Shown here: piece after piece, positions 28,563 through 38,101 of the stretch
Position numbering within the stretch: position 1 is the stretch's first letter
How the letters are laid out: every line of letters starts with the position of its first letter
Source: Dehalococcoidia bacterium
Lineage (GTDB): Bacteria > Chloroflexota > Dehalococcoidia > Lucifugimonadales > UBA1127
Direction of reading: 5' to 3'
Assembly: GCA_965249315.1 (NCBI GenBank)
Contig: OZ252225.1
Location: forward strand, 1,255,973-1,319,972
DNA: 64,000 nucleotides
Position numbers and translations under genes: made by a program
Notes under the pieces: model-generated
Database searches by the model: none
The model's input: the letters and a program-made list of their open reading frames with translations, nothing else
What the model was told of the DNA's origin: nothing

Positions 28563-28751
28563 GTGTCACCCCCTATGGTCATGTTCGCCCGAGGCCGCTC
28601 TCTGCTCGGCCACGGACGGCCCGGAAAGCTCGCACAACTCCCTCATGGGGTACAGGGACGCTGTAGTTGGAGCGTAGTGTCTCATTTCGCAATAGTCAAC
28701 ATCGTTCGGCTCGTCACAACTTTTGCCTGCCGGACGTAGGGAACCGACTCC

Positions 28752-29975
28752 CTAGAGAGCACGCATCTCCCGGGCCCGCCAGGCCCAGAGGAGGACGAGG
28801 ACGAACCCGACACCGGCGCTGTAGCTCACCGCGCTGCCGGGCCCGGTGACCTGGGCCAAGGCGCCCAAGCCCAGCATTCCAATGGGGAGGACCCCCACAG
28901 CCGTATTCTGGAGACCCATGGCGCGGCCTCGCATCTCCTCCGGGACGGACAGGAGGACGAGAGTGGCCTGCATGGTGGCGAACCCCGCCGTCCCCGCTCC
29001 GGCGGCAATCAGGGCGGCCACGGAGAGGGGATACACGGTGGAGAGGGCGAAGACCTGGAGGAAGGCCAGGGCCCCCAGGGAGCCGACGATGTAGTAGGTG
29101 GACCGCCGTCGTATGGCCGGCCGGGTGACGATAAAGAGGGTGCCTACCACGGCGCCGATGCCCTGGCACGCTCCAAGAAGGCCCATGAGGGTGCGGTTGA
29201 CGTGGAGGACGTCCTGGGCGAAGACGGGCACCAGGGGCGTGTAGGTGAAGAAGGTCAGATTGAACAGGCAGGTGATGCCAAGCACGCCGACGACGGCACG
29301 GTTGCGCGCCACCACTCGCACCCCCTCCCCCATGAGGTGCAGCAGTGACCAGGTGGGAATCGAGCCGCTTTGGCCGCGGCGCAAGCTCGGGAGGGGGAGG
29401 AGAAGGAGGCCACCCAGCCCGCACAGACCGGCGATGACGAGGAAAGGCCCCGCGGACTCTTCGCCTTCGGCCAAGGGGAGGACCTCCAGGAGGACGCCGC
29501 CCAACAGGGTGCCCAGGACGAAGCCGATGGTGAACGCGAGGCCCTGGAGGGCGATAGCGTAGGGCAGCAGTGCGCTGCCCACCAGATCGACGGTGAACGC
29601 GCCCCGGGTCACCTGGTCCATGGTGGCGAAGACGCCGTAGACCAGGCTCAGAACAACGACGTGCCACCAGGCGATGAGGCCCGTGAGGACGAGAGACCCG
29701 GCCAGCACGGCCACTCCGAGGTTGATCAGATGGTTGGCCAGAAGGACGCTGCGCCGGTTGAAGGCGTCTGCCACCACGCCGCTGACCGCGCCGGTGACGA
29801 GCTGGGGGAAGGCCAGGGCAGCGCCGGTGAGCTGGGTGAGGAAGGTGGAGTCGGTGAGGCGAAAGACCAGGTAGGTGGCAACGAGCATCCACATCCAACG
29901 GCCCGACTGCCACAGGAGGTTGTCGACCCAGAGGCGGCGGTAGTCGCTCCGGGCGAGGAGCTGGATGGCGGGCAT
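28752..29975 (-). CDS. MFS transporter
   Basis: About 12 hydrophobic helices, GVVADAFNRR (motif A), VPEEMRGRAMG. Confidence 0.88.
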   Translation of the reverse strand: MPAIQLLARSDYRRLWVDNLLWQSGRWMWMLVATYLVFRLTDSTFLTQLTGAALAFPQLVTGAVSGVVADAFNRRSVLLANHLINLGVAVLAGSLVLTGLIAWWHVVVLSLVYGVFATMDQVTRGAFTVDLVGSALLPYAIALQGLAFTIGFVLGTLLGGVLLEVLPLAEGEESAGPFLVIAGLCGLGGLLLLPLPSLRRGQSGSIPTWSLLHLMGEGVRVVARNRAVVGVLGITCLFNLTFFTYTPLVPVFAQDVLHVNRTLMGLLGACQGIGAVVGTLFIVTRPAIRRRSTYYIVGSLGALAFLQVFALSTVYPLSVAALIAAGAGTAGFATMQATLVLLSVPEEMRGRAMGLQNTAVGVLPIGMLGLGALAQVTGPGSAVSYSAGVGFVLVLLWAWRAREMRAL

Positions 29976-30045
29976 CGGCGCGGGCGCGGCGCCGCGCCTC
30001 ACCGTGGGAGTCGCCCCTGGGCTAGGCCGGACACGGGGAGTCCAC

Positions 30046-30801
30046 CTACTGGGCCACCCAACCGCCGTCGATGAGCAACTCGCTGCCGGTGATGAACGAC
30101 GACTCGTCGGAGGCGAGGAAGAGGACCCCCTGGGCCACCTCCTCCGGCCTGCCGAGCCGGCCCAAGGGGACGCGGTCGACCAGGTAGCGCCCCTGCTCCG
30201 GGTTGGCCGCGACGCCATCCATCATCCGCTGGGTGCCGATGGGCCCGGGGTGGACCGAGTTGACCCGGATGCCTTCCTTCGCGTACTGGATGGCCGCGGT
30301 CTTGGAGAACATGCGGACGGCGCCCTTGGAGGTCTGGTAGACGACGTTCGCGTTGGTGGAAGCGGCGATGCCCATCTGGGAGGAGATGTTGATGATGGAG
30401 CCGCCCCCGGCCTTTCGCATCTCCGGGACGGCCGCGGCGGTGCCGAGGAAGACGCCGGTGGAGTTCACCGCCATGACGCGGTCCCAGAAGTCGCGCGTCG
30501 TGTCCTCGATGGTGCCGGGACCGCCCATGGCGGCGTTGTTGACCAGGACGTTCAACGGCCCGAACTCCCGGACCGTCGCCTGTATGGCGGCACGCCACTG
30601 CTCCTGGCTGGTGACGTTGAGGGGGACGTAGAGGACGCTGGCGCCGGCGGCCCTGAGCTCGGCCTCGAGCGCGCGGCCCTCCTCCTCCAGGATGTCGCCG
30701 AAGCCGACGCTGGCGCCCTCCCGGACGAAGATGCGGACGTCCGCCTCACCGAGGCCGCGAGCGCCGCCGCTGACGAAGGCCACCTTCCCCTGAAGTCGCA
30801 T
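30046..30801 (-). CDS. short-chain dehydrogenase/reductase
   Basis: SGGARGLG, VNNAA, NISS, YQTSK, IRVNSVHPG, ITGSELLIDGG. Confidence 0.95.
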   Translation of the reverse strand: MRLQGKVAFVSGGARGLGEADVRIFVREGASVGFGDILEEEGRALEAELRAAGASVLYVPLNVTSQEQWRAAIQATVREFGPLNVLVNNAAMGGPGTIEDTTRDFWDRVMAVNSTGVFLGTAAAVPEMRKAGGGSIINISSQMGIAASTNANVVYQTSKGAVRMFSKTAAIQYAKEGIRVNSVHPGPIGTQRMMDGVAANPEQGRYLVDRVPLGRLGRPEEVAQGVLFLASDESSFITGSELLIDGGWVAQ

Positions 30802-30879
30802 GCTCGTCCTCCTTCACGGAATGGGTGATGGTTAGGTCTAGCACCCAGGCCACTGCAGCTCGCATCAGGTACTGGAACT

Positions 30880-31305
30880 CTAGAGTTGTCCTTGGTTGGC
30901 CAGTGCTACGAATGACTCCAGAGACCGGAACTCCACGAGGTCGCTATGCTGAAGATGAGCGTTCAATCCACCTTCCAGGTAGAACTTCCTTAGGGACCAG
31001 CCATCTCCTCCGAGCACCAGGTAGGCCTTATGGTACTGCTCCTTCCCCGTCCGCACCGCCTCCGCAAGGCAGATTGCCTCGAAGGGCACTTTCTGCTCAG
31101 CAGTGCCTGATACCTGCTGCCATTTCAGCGAAATCAAGTACTTGCGTCCCTGCGGGTCGGTGGCAAGAACATCGATCACATGCCGTCGCCCTCCAGGACG
31201 TTCACCTATGCGAGCCTGCTTCTGGTAGCTGTAGCCACCCATGCTCAAGGCAGGGAGAACCATCTGCTCAAGGACACTGCCCGTCCCAGTATTCCTAGGA
31301 ACCAT
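30880..31305 (-). CDS. small PD-(D/E)XK family nuclease (putative restriction endonuclease)
   Basis: HVIDVLA...LISLKWQQVSGTAEQKVPFE (D...xK and SGTxExK pattern); lies in a lower-GC island with a methyltransferase. Confidence 0.7.
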   Translation of the reverse strand: MVPRNTGTGSVLEQMVLPALSMGGYSYQKQARIGERPGGRRHVIDVLATDPQGRKYLISLKWQQVSGTAEQKVPFEAICLAEAVRTGKEQYHKAYLVLGGDGWSLRKFYLEGGLNAHLQHSDLVEFRSLESFVALANQGQL

Positions 31306-31308
31306 CGT

Positions 31309-31974
31309 TCATGCCTTTCCTGTTGAGCCCTGAGCTTTGGCGAGCAGCTGACGGAGCTCTTCCAAATCCAGCCAGTCCTTTCCGCGACGATGAACCATCC
31401 TATGGCAGTTGGCGCATAGAGGAATCAGGTCCTTTTGCGGGTCGACTTCCTTTGGCCCTTCAGAAAGGGGATGGATGTGATGAACCTCAATGTAGCCTTT
31501 CGAGTGTTCTTGTGTATACACGAGGTCAAAGGAGAATCCGCAGCCAAAGCAGCTAACGCCGTGATACAAAATGGCCTTGGCCCTATTGCGCGGGTCACGT
31601 TCATAGACCCTGTGTGCGCGCCAGGTGGGCGTTCCCTCAATTCTCCCTGGGGTTTCCTGGGTCTCTTGGTCTGCTATCTCAATGGTGTCCTGATCAGGGA
31701 TGGCTGCGCCGCGAGCTACACCCTCGGTAAAAGCGCACGAAGCGCACTTGTGCCGGGCTGGGTTGCCCTGATACACAGGCAGGTTCTGCAAGACCTGAAC
31801 CGGAGCAAGGCTTCCATGTCCGCAAGATTCCATGCCAGCCCCAAATATTGTGTGCGCCGTGCCCTTCTCGTAGGCACAAACCGGGCATCTGTGTCTCCCG
31901 GTGCCGCCCTGCGAATCCTTGAGCCCCTGTACCAGCTCATCCGGCATTGAGGAGCCGTGTGGGCATTCCGTCAT
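31309..31974 (-). CDS. McrA-like HNH endonuclease with duplicated N-terminal Cys/His module
   Basis: YERDPRNRAKAI, CFGCGF, IEVHHIHPLS, LCANCHRMVHR. Confidence 0.85.
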   Translation of the reverse strand: MTECPHGSSMPDELVQGLKDSQGGTGRHRCPVCAYEKGTAHTIFGAGMESCGHGSLAPVQVLQNLPVYQGNPARHKCASCAFTEGVARGAAIPDQDTIEIADQETQETPGRIEGTPTWRAHRVYERDPRNRAKAILYHGVSCFGCGFSFDLVYTQEHSKGYIEVHHIHPLSEGPKEVDPQKDLIPLCANCHRMVHRRGKDWLDLEELRQLLAKAQGSTGKA

Positions 31975-32008
31975 TGCGCCGTCAGTCCTGTCCGGTCAGC
32001 TCAGAGCG

Positions 32009-32914
32009 TCAAGCGACCGTACGTCCATTCTGCGCCCGTGATGACTCTGACCTTCTTTCGAATAGCCTCCGCTGGCCTGCGCCAATCGGTACAGCATAGA
32101 CACGATCGTAAGAGGCGCCAGCGACTGCGGACAGCCTTGTGGATGTAAGCTCAACGAACTCGGCCTCCCGCTCACATCCTATGAAACGTCGGTCCAATCT
32201 CAGCGCAGCCACTCCCGTCGCGCCTGACCCCGCAAACGGATCGACGACCAAGTCGCCGGGGTTGGTGCTCGCTCGGAGGCATCGGTCTATCAACGCGACG
32301 GGCTTCTGCGTAGGATGTTTGCCATAGACCTTCTCATCCTTCCCGGCAGCGGAGAACCGCCACACGCTCTTCATCTGCTTGCCGTTGTTCTCTTCACGCA
32401 TGGCATCGTAATTGAAGGTATAGCGATGCTTGCTGCCCTTCTGCGCCTTGGTAGCCCAAAGGACAACTTCCGAGGCATGTGTAAAGCACCGTCGGCCGAG
32501 GTTGGGAGGTGGGTTGGGCTTCTCCCAGATGATGTCATTGAGTATGCGGAAGCCCTGTTGCAGCATGGCCATCCCCACGCTCAGATAGACATGAAGGGTA
32601 CCCGTGACCCAGATGGTTCCTTCGGGCTTGAGGACTCTGTAGCACTCAGCAAGCCACTCTTGGTTGGACTGATGATCTAGCTCTAGGCCTCGGCTCCTGT
32701 CCCACTCTCCTTTGTTGACCTTAACCCTCCGGCCTGCAATACACGTGGTTCCGTCGTTGGATAGGAAGTACGGCGGATCCGTCCAAATGCAGTCTGCGGA
32801 GCCGTCATCCAGGGTAGCCAGGAAGTCGAGACTATCCCCGCGGTAGAGGTAGGAACGACCATCCTCTGAACGCCAGGCTATCTTCCCAGCCGATAGAGTC
32901 TCGAGAGCCGCCAT
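32009..32914 (-). CDS. beta-class adenine DNA methyltransferase (M.DpnIIB/MboIB-like)
   Basis: DPPYFLSNDG...VNKGEWD, IIWEKPNPPPN, GKHPTQKP, DPFAGSGATG. Confidence 0.9.
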   Translation of the reverse strand: MAALETLSAGKIAWRSEDGRSYLYRGDSLDFLATLDDGSADCIWTDPPYFLSNDGTTCIAGRRVKVNKGEWDRSRGLELDHQSNQEWLAECYRVLKPEGTIWVTGTLHVYLSVGMAMLQQGFRILNDIIWEKPNPPPNLGRRCFTHASEVVLWATKAQKGSKHRYTFNYDAMREENNGKQMKSVWRFSAAGKDEKVYGKHPTQKPVALIDRCLRASTNPGDLVVDPFAGSGATGVAALRLDRRFIGCEREAEFVELTSTRLSAVAGASYDRVYAVPIGAGQRRLFERRSESSRAQNGRTVA

Positions 32915-32961
32915 CTACATGCCTCCTTCCTTAAAAGGGGCCGCCCCGCGCGGTTGCGGGG

Positions 32962-34935
32962 CTAGGCCGCGGGCTGTGGGCCGCCACCGCCCACGAAGCG
33001 ATCGATCCAGGCGAGGGTGCGGGCCAGGTATTCCTTTCGCAGCACGGGGTGGCCGGTTCGCCGGAAGAGGTGGGAGCAGCCGGGGAATCGGACGAGCTCC
33101 ACCTCCTTGCCCTGTCGCTTGAGGGCGACGAAGTACTGCTCGCTCTGCTCCATGGGACAACGAACGTCGTCTTCGCCGTGGAGGAGGAGCACGGGCGTCT
33201 CCACGTTGGGGGCGTAGGTGAGCGGCGAGTGCTGCCGGAAGGCCTCCTCCAAGTCCCACCAGGCCCCGCCCCACTGGATTTCGCCGAAGCTGACGCCGAT
33301 GTCGGAGGTGCCGTACATGCTGTTGAGGTTGATGCACGGCGCGCCCACGACTGCGGCCTTGAAGCGGGTGGTGTGGCCCACGACCCAGCTGGTCATGAAG
33401 CCGCCGTAGCTGTAGCCGTGGACGCCCAGCCGGTCCGAGTCGACGTAGGGCCGGGCGCAGACGTAGTCGACGGCGGCCATGATGTCCTGGTAGTCCTCGC
33501 CACCCCAGTCCTGCTGGACCGCGACGGTGAAGTCGGCGCCGTAGGTGGAGGAGCCGCGAGGGTTGACCAGCAGCACCAGGTAGCCGTTGGTGGCCACGAC
33601 CTGCTGGGCGGGCTCGAAGGTGTCGTAGAAGGCGCCGTGGGGGCCGCCGTGGATGTCGACGACGAGGGGGTAGCGGGCCGTGGGGTCGAAGTCGGGAGGG
33701 AAGAGGAGGCGGCTCTCGATCTCCATGCCGCCCCGGGTGATGGTGAACTTCTCAACACCCGCCGTGGGGTGCTCCTGGAAGTAGGCGACGTTCTCGCTGG
33801 TGAGCTGCGTCATTGCGCCGCCGGCGACGTCGATGCAGTGGAGGTCTCCGGCTGAGGTGGGCGAGGCGGCGAGGACCACGGCCCGCCGGCCGCCGGCGTC
33901 GACGGAGGCGTTGGTCATCTGCATGCCGCCGCCGGCAATGTGACGCAGCTCGCCGGTGCCCTCGTTGACCTCGCAGAGGTGGGACTCTCCCCGGGAGTCG
34001 CCGACGAAGACGATGCGACCGTCGGCGGTCCAGCGCAGGTCCGGCGACGGGGAGATGGGCGGCATGCCTCCCAGGGGCCGGACGGCGTCCGGCGTGAGCC
34101 GCCGCGGGGCCTCGCCCCGGGCAGCGACGAAGAGGGCGCCCTGGATGCCGGCGCTCAGGACGTCGCTGTCGGAGCCTATGAGCGCTAGCATCTTCCCATC
34201 GGGCGACCAGGCGAGGCCGGCGATGCTGGAGAGGCCCTGCGACACGACATGGGGCTCTCCGCCATGGGAGGAGACGATGTAGGCCTCGGTGTGGGGCGTG
34301 AAGTCCCGGTCGTCCAGGCGGGAGGAGACGAAGGCGATGTGAGAGCCGTCAGGGGACCAGGCGGGCATGTGGTCGTCCCAGTCGCCGTCGGTGATCTGGC
34401 GGGCGTCGCCGCCAGCGACGTCGATGACAAAGGCGTGCCAGTGGGCATCGCCGCGCCAGCCGACGGTGTCGCCGCGGTACTTGATACGCCGGACGACGCG
34501 AACCCGGGGCTCCTTCTTCGGGTCGTGGTCGTCGGGGGGGCGGTCCGGGTCGACGTCCGAGACGAAGGCCATGCGGGAGGAGTCGGGCGACCAGGAGAAC
34601 TCCGCAACGCCGGCAGGGGCGTGGGTGAGCCGGCGGGCCTCGCCGCCGTTGGCGGGGATGAGCCATACCTGGCGACGGCCCTTGGCATCGGCGCGGAGGA
34701 AGGCGATGGTGTCGCCGTCGGGGGAGAAGCGGGGCGCGCCGTCCTTGGGGCCCGCGGTGAAGGGGCGGGACTCGCCGCCGGGCAACTCCATGAGGAGCAC
34801 CTGGGAGCGGGACTCGCCCGACTCTCGGTCCACGCAGGAGCGGGTGAAGGCCAGGCAACTGCCGTCGGGGGAGATGCTGGGGTCGGCGACAGTAGTGAGC
34901 TCGTAGACGACGTCAGGGGTGATGGGGCTGGACAT
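32962..34935 (-). CDS. S9 family peptidase (acylaminoacyl/dipeptidyl peptidase) with PD40 repeats
   Basis: WSPDG repeats, IHGGP, GYSYGG, LLHGEDDVRC, GCSH; start placed at MSSPITPD. Confidence 0.93.
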   Translation of the reverse strand: MSSPITPDVVYELTTVADPSISPDGSCLAFTRSCVDRESGESRSQVLLMELPGGESRPFTAGPKDGAPRFSPDGDTIAFLRADAKGRRQVWLIPANGGEARRLTHAPAGVAEFSWSPDSSRMAFVSDVDPDRPPDDHDPKKEPRVRVVRRIKYRGDTVGWRGDAHWHAFVIDVAGGDARQITDGDWDDHMPAWSPDGSHIAFVSSRLDDRDFTPHTEAYIVSSHGGEPHVVSQGLSSIAGLAWSPDGKMLALIGSDSDVLSAGIQGALFVAARGEAPRRLTPDAVRPLGGMPPISPSPDLRWTADGRIVFVGDSRGESHLCEVNEGTGELRHIAGGGMQMTNASVDAGGRRAVVLAASPTSAGDLHCIDVAGGAMTQLTSENVAYFQEHPTAGVEKFTITRGGMEIESRLLFPPDFDPTARYPLVVDIHGGPHGAFYDTFEPAQQVVATNGYLVLLVNPRGSSTYGADFTVAVQQDWGGEDYQDIMAAVDYVCARPYVDSDRLGVHGYSYGGFMTSWVVGHTTRFKAAVVGAPCINLNSMYGTSDIGVSFGEIQWGGAWWDLEEAFRQHSPLTYAPNVETPVLLLHGEDDVRCPMEQSEQYFVALKRQGKEVELVRFPGCSHLFRRTGHPVLRKEYLARTLAWIDRFVGGGGPQPAA

Positions 34936-35022
34936 GGCACACCTCCGGGGGTTCGGGGGATCGCGGGGGCACTGTACCACAGTCGGGCAGGGGGAAGGGA
35001 GGCGGGTCACTGCGTGACGGCA

Positions 35023-35419
35023 AAGGCAGGGCAAGCCCTGCACCCTCAGCTTGCTTCGGCAGGGCGTCGGCCCCTTCCTCGGAGAAGCCCGATAACGCTC
35101 CCCTCCAATGCCCTGGTCGAACGGCGGTTTGAGTTGCTTTGAATTGTCCGTCGCGTTTTTTCCGGCCAGTCCTGCCTGGGGCGACGCGGTGCAGCCTGGG
35201 TTTGAGCGGATCTGGACAAGTGGACAAAGGGAGACAAGTCGTATCTGCCAGGCACTGGCCGGACGGTGGTCGGACGGCCCCGCTGGGGGGCGTCGGAAGA
35301 GTCGACAAGGGGGAACAAGTCGTATCTGGCAAGGCGCGAGCCGAACGGAGGCCGAGGGCCTGGGTGAAGGATGGCCCGAAGTCGACAAAGGGAAACAAGG
35401 CAGGGCAAGCCCTGCACCC
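35023..35419 (+). repeat. degenerate tandem repeat of about 80 bp bracketed by a 23-bp perfect direct repeat
   Basis: AAGGCAGGGCAAGCCCTGCACCC at 35023 and 35397; RAGTSGACAARGGGRRACAAG at 35218, 35299 and 35379. Confidence 0.75.
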
Positions 35420-35469
35420 ACACCTTGCGGCGGCAGCCGCCAGGGGGAGACTTGGGTCGGCATTGCGAC

Positions 35470-36150
35470 GTTGGTTGGGCCCACCCGCCCGGCGGCAGTG
35501 CCGCCCTAGCATGGGCCCCCGCTGGGGGCGACTGGCGCGCTGCTGGAGGCGGGAGCTAGGTTCTCCCCTGCGCAGGAGCGACGAAAATCGTCGGGCGCGT
35601 GCACGTGTGCATGGGGGTAGGGTAGGGGATGGAGGGGGTGAGGGGTAGGAGCGGATGGCACCAGCAAAGCTGGCATAGCTTGCGGCGGTTGGGTTGCAGC
35701 GGAGTTGGTCCTTCGTAGGGTCGGTGGTGGGTGGAGGTAGAGATCGTAGCCCTACGGAACGATCTTGGGTGGGCCCACCCGCCCACCCTCGGACCTATTT
35801 GATAACTGGGGGCACATCCCCCAGGCCCCTTGCCAGAGGGGAAACCCCTCTGGACTCCCCCTGACGGGGCGGCAGAGCCGCCTTACCTCTTCCGACCGCC
35901 CCACACCACCAACGCATTTCCCACCCAGCCCACCCTGAGATTCTTCTCTTGGGGGGCTAAGCACCCCCCAGACCCCCGCTGGGGGTGCGGGCGGTTCGCG
36001 AACCGCCCCTACGGTAGGCGCACACCCCACCCCTGGATTCCGGCTCGGAGGCCGGAAGGACGACCCTTCGACAGGTTCAGGGTGAGCGGAGTCAGGACGG
36101 AGGGGACCCCCTCACCCTAACCCTCTCCCGCGCAGGGGGGAGGGGGCATA
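35470..36150 (+). repeat. large intergenic palindromic mosaic
   Basis: GGGTGGGCCCACCCGCCC, TAACTGGGGGCACATCCCCCAG, AGAGGGGAAACCCCTCTGGACTCCCC, GTAG-type GGGCGGTTCGCGAACCGCCCCTAC, CTGGATTCCGGCTCGGAGGCCGGAA, CCCTTCGACAGGTTCAGGGTGAGCGG, CCCTCACCCTAACCCTCTCCC. Confidence 0.85.
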
Positions 36151-36170
36151 GGCGGGAGAGAGGGGTGTTA

Positions 36171-37382
36171 CTAGGCGATGAGGCGTTCCCCGTAGAGCCG
36201 GACGGAGTTGTCCCAGAGGATCTTGCGCTTGGCGGACTCGGGGATGTCCTGGTCCAGGAGGAAGGGTACGGCCTTGTCCGGGTCGGGAGCGTCGGGGTGG
36301 GAGTAGTCGGTGTTCCAGACGATGTTGTCCTCGCCGACCAGCATGACGACGCCCTTGAGGCCGAACTCGTCGGGGTCGCAGGCGACGAAGCCCTGTCGCA
36401 GGAAGTACTCGCTGGGCTTCAGGGGCAGCGCCTGGGCGTCGAACCACATGCCCTGGCGTCGGTTGCGGTCGCAGTGGTCGTCGAGGCGGCCGAGCCAGAA
36501 GGGGAGCCAGCCTGCGTTGCCTTCGAGGAAGGAGGCGCGCATCTTGGGGAACTTCTCGAGGATGCCCAGGAAGATGACGTGGCCCATAGAGACCATGTTC
36601 TCGAAGGCGAAGCCGGCAGCGTGGTCCAGCGCGATCTCGGGCCCGGTGACGCGGCTGCGGGGCTGGTATCGGGAGGCGACGTGGGGCAGGCCGCTCATGA
36701 CGCCGTGGAAGGACATGGGGAAGTCCAACTCCTCAGCCAAGGCCCAGTAGCCATCGTAGTCGGGATGATGCCAGGCCTTTCCCTTGGCAGGGATAGGGGT
36801 GGCCATGGTGACGCCGCCCAGCTTTTCGACGACACGGCGGGTCTCGGCGACCAGTCCCTCGGGGTCGTGCTGGTTGGGGACGACACCCACCATCTTGAGG
36901 CGGGAGGGGTCGGTCTGGGCGAAGGCGTGGGACCAGTCGTTGTAGGCGCGTGCGCAGGCCCAGAGGAGGGCCTGGTCTGCACCTTCGTGGATGCCGCGCA
37001 TGGGTGCGGGGAAGTTGTCGACGAGGACCATCTTGTCCCAGCCGAGGCGGTCCATGTCCCGGAGGCGGCTTTCGACCGTGAACTCCTCCTCGTAGGCCTG
37101 GCCGTACTTGTCCCGCATGTAGTTGTCCCGCAGGAGCATGCCGGTGCCGAGCTCCTTCCGGCGGGCGCTGTCCTGCTGCTTGGCGATGCCGCGGCCCTGC
37201 ATGCCGTTGGGGAAGAGCTCGCAGGGGAGGAAGGCGTTGCTGCGGGCGCCGCGCTGACCGGGCTCCCGGGGCGGCACGAGGGGGCGACGGTCGTAGAAGT
37301 CGCGGTCGATGTAGTCGCTCCAGAGGTCGTGGGGCTCGTAGATGTGGGCGTCGGCGTCGCAGACTTTGTAATCGTTGTACAT
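36171..37382 (-). CDS. amidohydrolase_2 family protein
   Basis: DADAHIYEP, RAYNDW, GILEKFPKMRASFLEGNAGW, WNTDYSHPD, ILWDNSVRLY. Confidence 0.92.
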   Translation of the reverse strand: MYNDYKVCDADAHIYEPHDLWSDYIDRDFYDRRPLVPPREPGQRGARSNAFLPCELFPNGMQGRGIAKQQDSARRKELGTGMLLRDNYMRDKYGQAYEEEFTVESRLRDMDRLGWDKMVLVDNFPAPMRGIHEGADQALLWACARAYNDWSHAFAQTDPSRLKMVGVVPNQHDPEGLVAETRRVVEKLGGVTMATPIPAKGKAWHHPDYDGYWALAEELDFPMSFHGVMSGLPHVASRYQPRSRVTGPEIALDHAAGFAFENMVSMGHVIFLGILEKFPKMRASFLEGNAGWLPFWLGRLDDHCDRNRRQGMWFDAQALPLKPSEYFLRQGFVACDPDEFGLKGVVMLVGEDNIVWNTDYSHPDAPDPDKAVPFLLDQDIPESAKRKILWDNSVRLYGERLIA

Positions 37383-37448
37383 TGCAGCCTCCAGGTTCGT
37401 CTTGCTGTGGAACTGAGACTAGCCGGGGGAGTGCTGGGCGTCAAGAGG

Positions 37449-38080
37449 GCAGGGCGAGCCCTGCCCTCTCAGCTTGGGGTGTTGTGACGCAGCGGGGTTT
37501 GGTTTTTCGAAGGGGCGATGGGGCCTGCGGTGGGGGGGTATCCCTACGGAGCGGTCTTGGGTGGGCCCGCCCACCCGCCCTCGGAGGTTATTTTGGTAAC
37601 TGGGGGCACATCCCCCAGGGCGGCTCGCCGGCCCAGAAAGGGGGGCTTCCCCCTCTGGACTCCCCCTGATGGGGCGGCACTGCCGCTTTCGCTCTCGGCG
37701 TTGGGCTGCGATGGAGTTTGGTCCTTCGAAGGGGCGATGGGAGCTGAAGGTGGGTGGGGGGTATCCCTACGGAGCGGTCTTGGGTGGGCCCGCCCGCCCG
37801 CCCTCGGAGGTTATTTTGGTAACTGGGGGCACATCCCCCAGGGCGGCTCGCCGCCCCAGAAAGAAGGGAGACCCCTCCGGACTCCCCCTATGGGTCCCCG
37901 CCCGGCGGCCAGCCGCCAAAGCATGGGCTTGCCACGTTGGGCTGCGGCGAGGTTTGCAGGTGGGAGGCGTCGAGGTTTCTGCCTTCGCAGGAACGACGGC
38001 CCTTCGACAGGCTCAGGGTGAGCGGAATCCAAGACAGAGGGGACTCCCTCACCCCAACCCTCTCCCAGAGGAAGAGGGGA
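37449..38080 (+). repeat. intergenic palindromic mosaic containing a tandem duplication with 223-bp period
   Basis: GTATCCCTACGGAGCGG...GGCTCGCCG near-identical at 37538 and 37761; then CCCTTCGACAGGCTCAGGGTGAGCGG and CCCTCACCCCAACCCTCTCCC. Confidence 0.88.
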
Positions 38081-38101
38081 TGGTTCGGGAGAGGCGAGGC
38101 G

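Noticed and set aside
35218-35400. CRISPR-like array (three repeats with gaps of about 45 nt)
   Set aside because: The repeats are degenerate, the intervening sequences resemble each other (GCCGRACGGWGGYCG), and there are no cas genes or leader; a tandem repeat explains it better.
34936-36170. ORFs in the long intergenic region, including the 183-aa N-terminal extension of the S9 peptidase
   Set aside because: They are translations of palindromic repeats with no protein-like motifs; the peptidase has an RBS at MSSPITPD.
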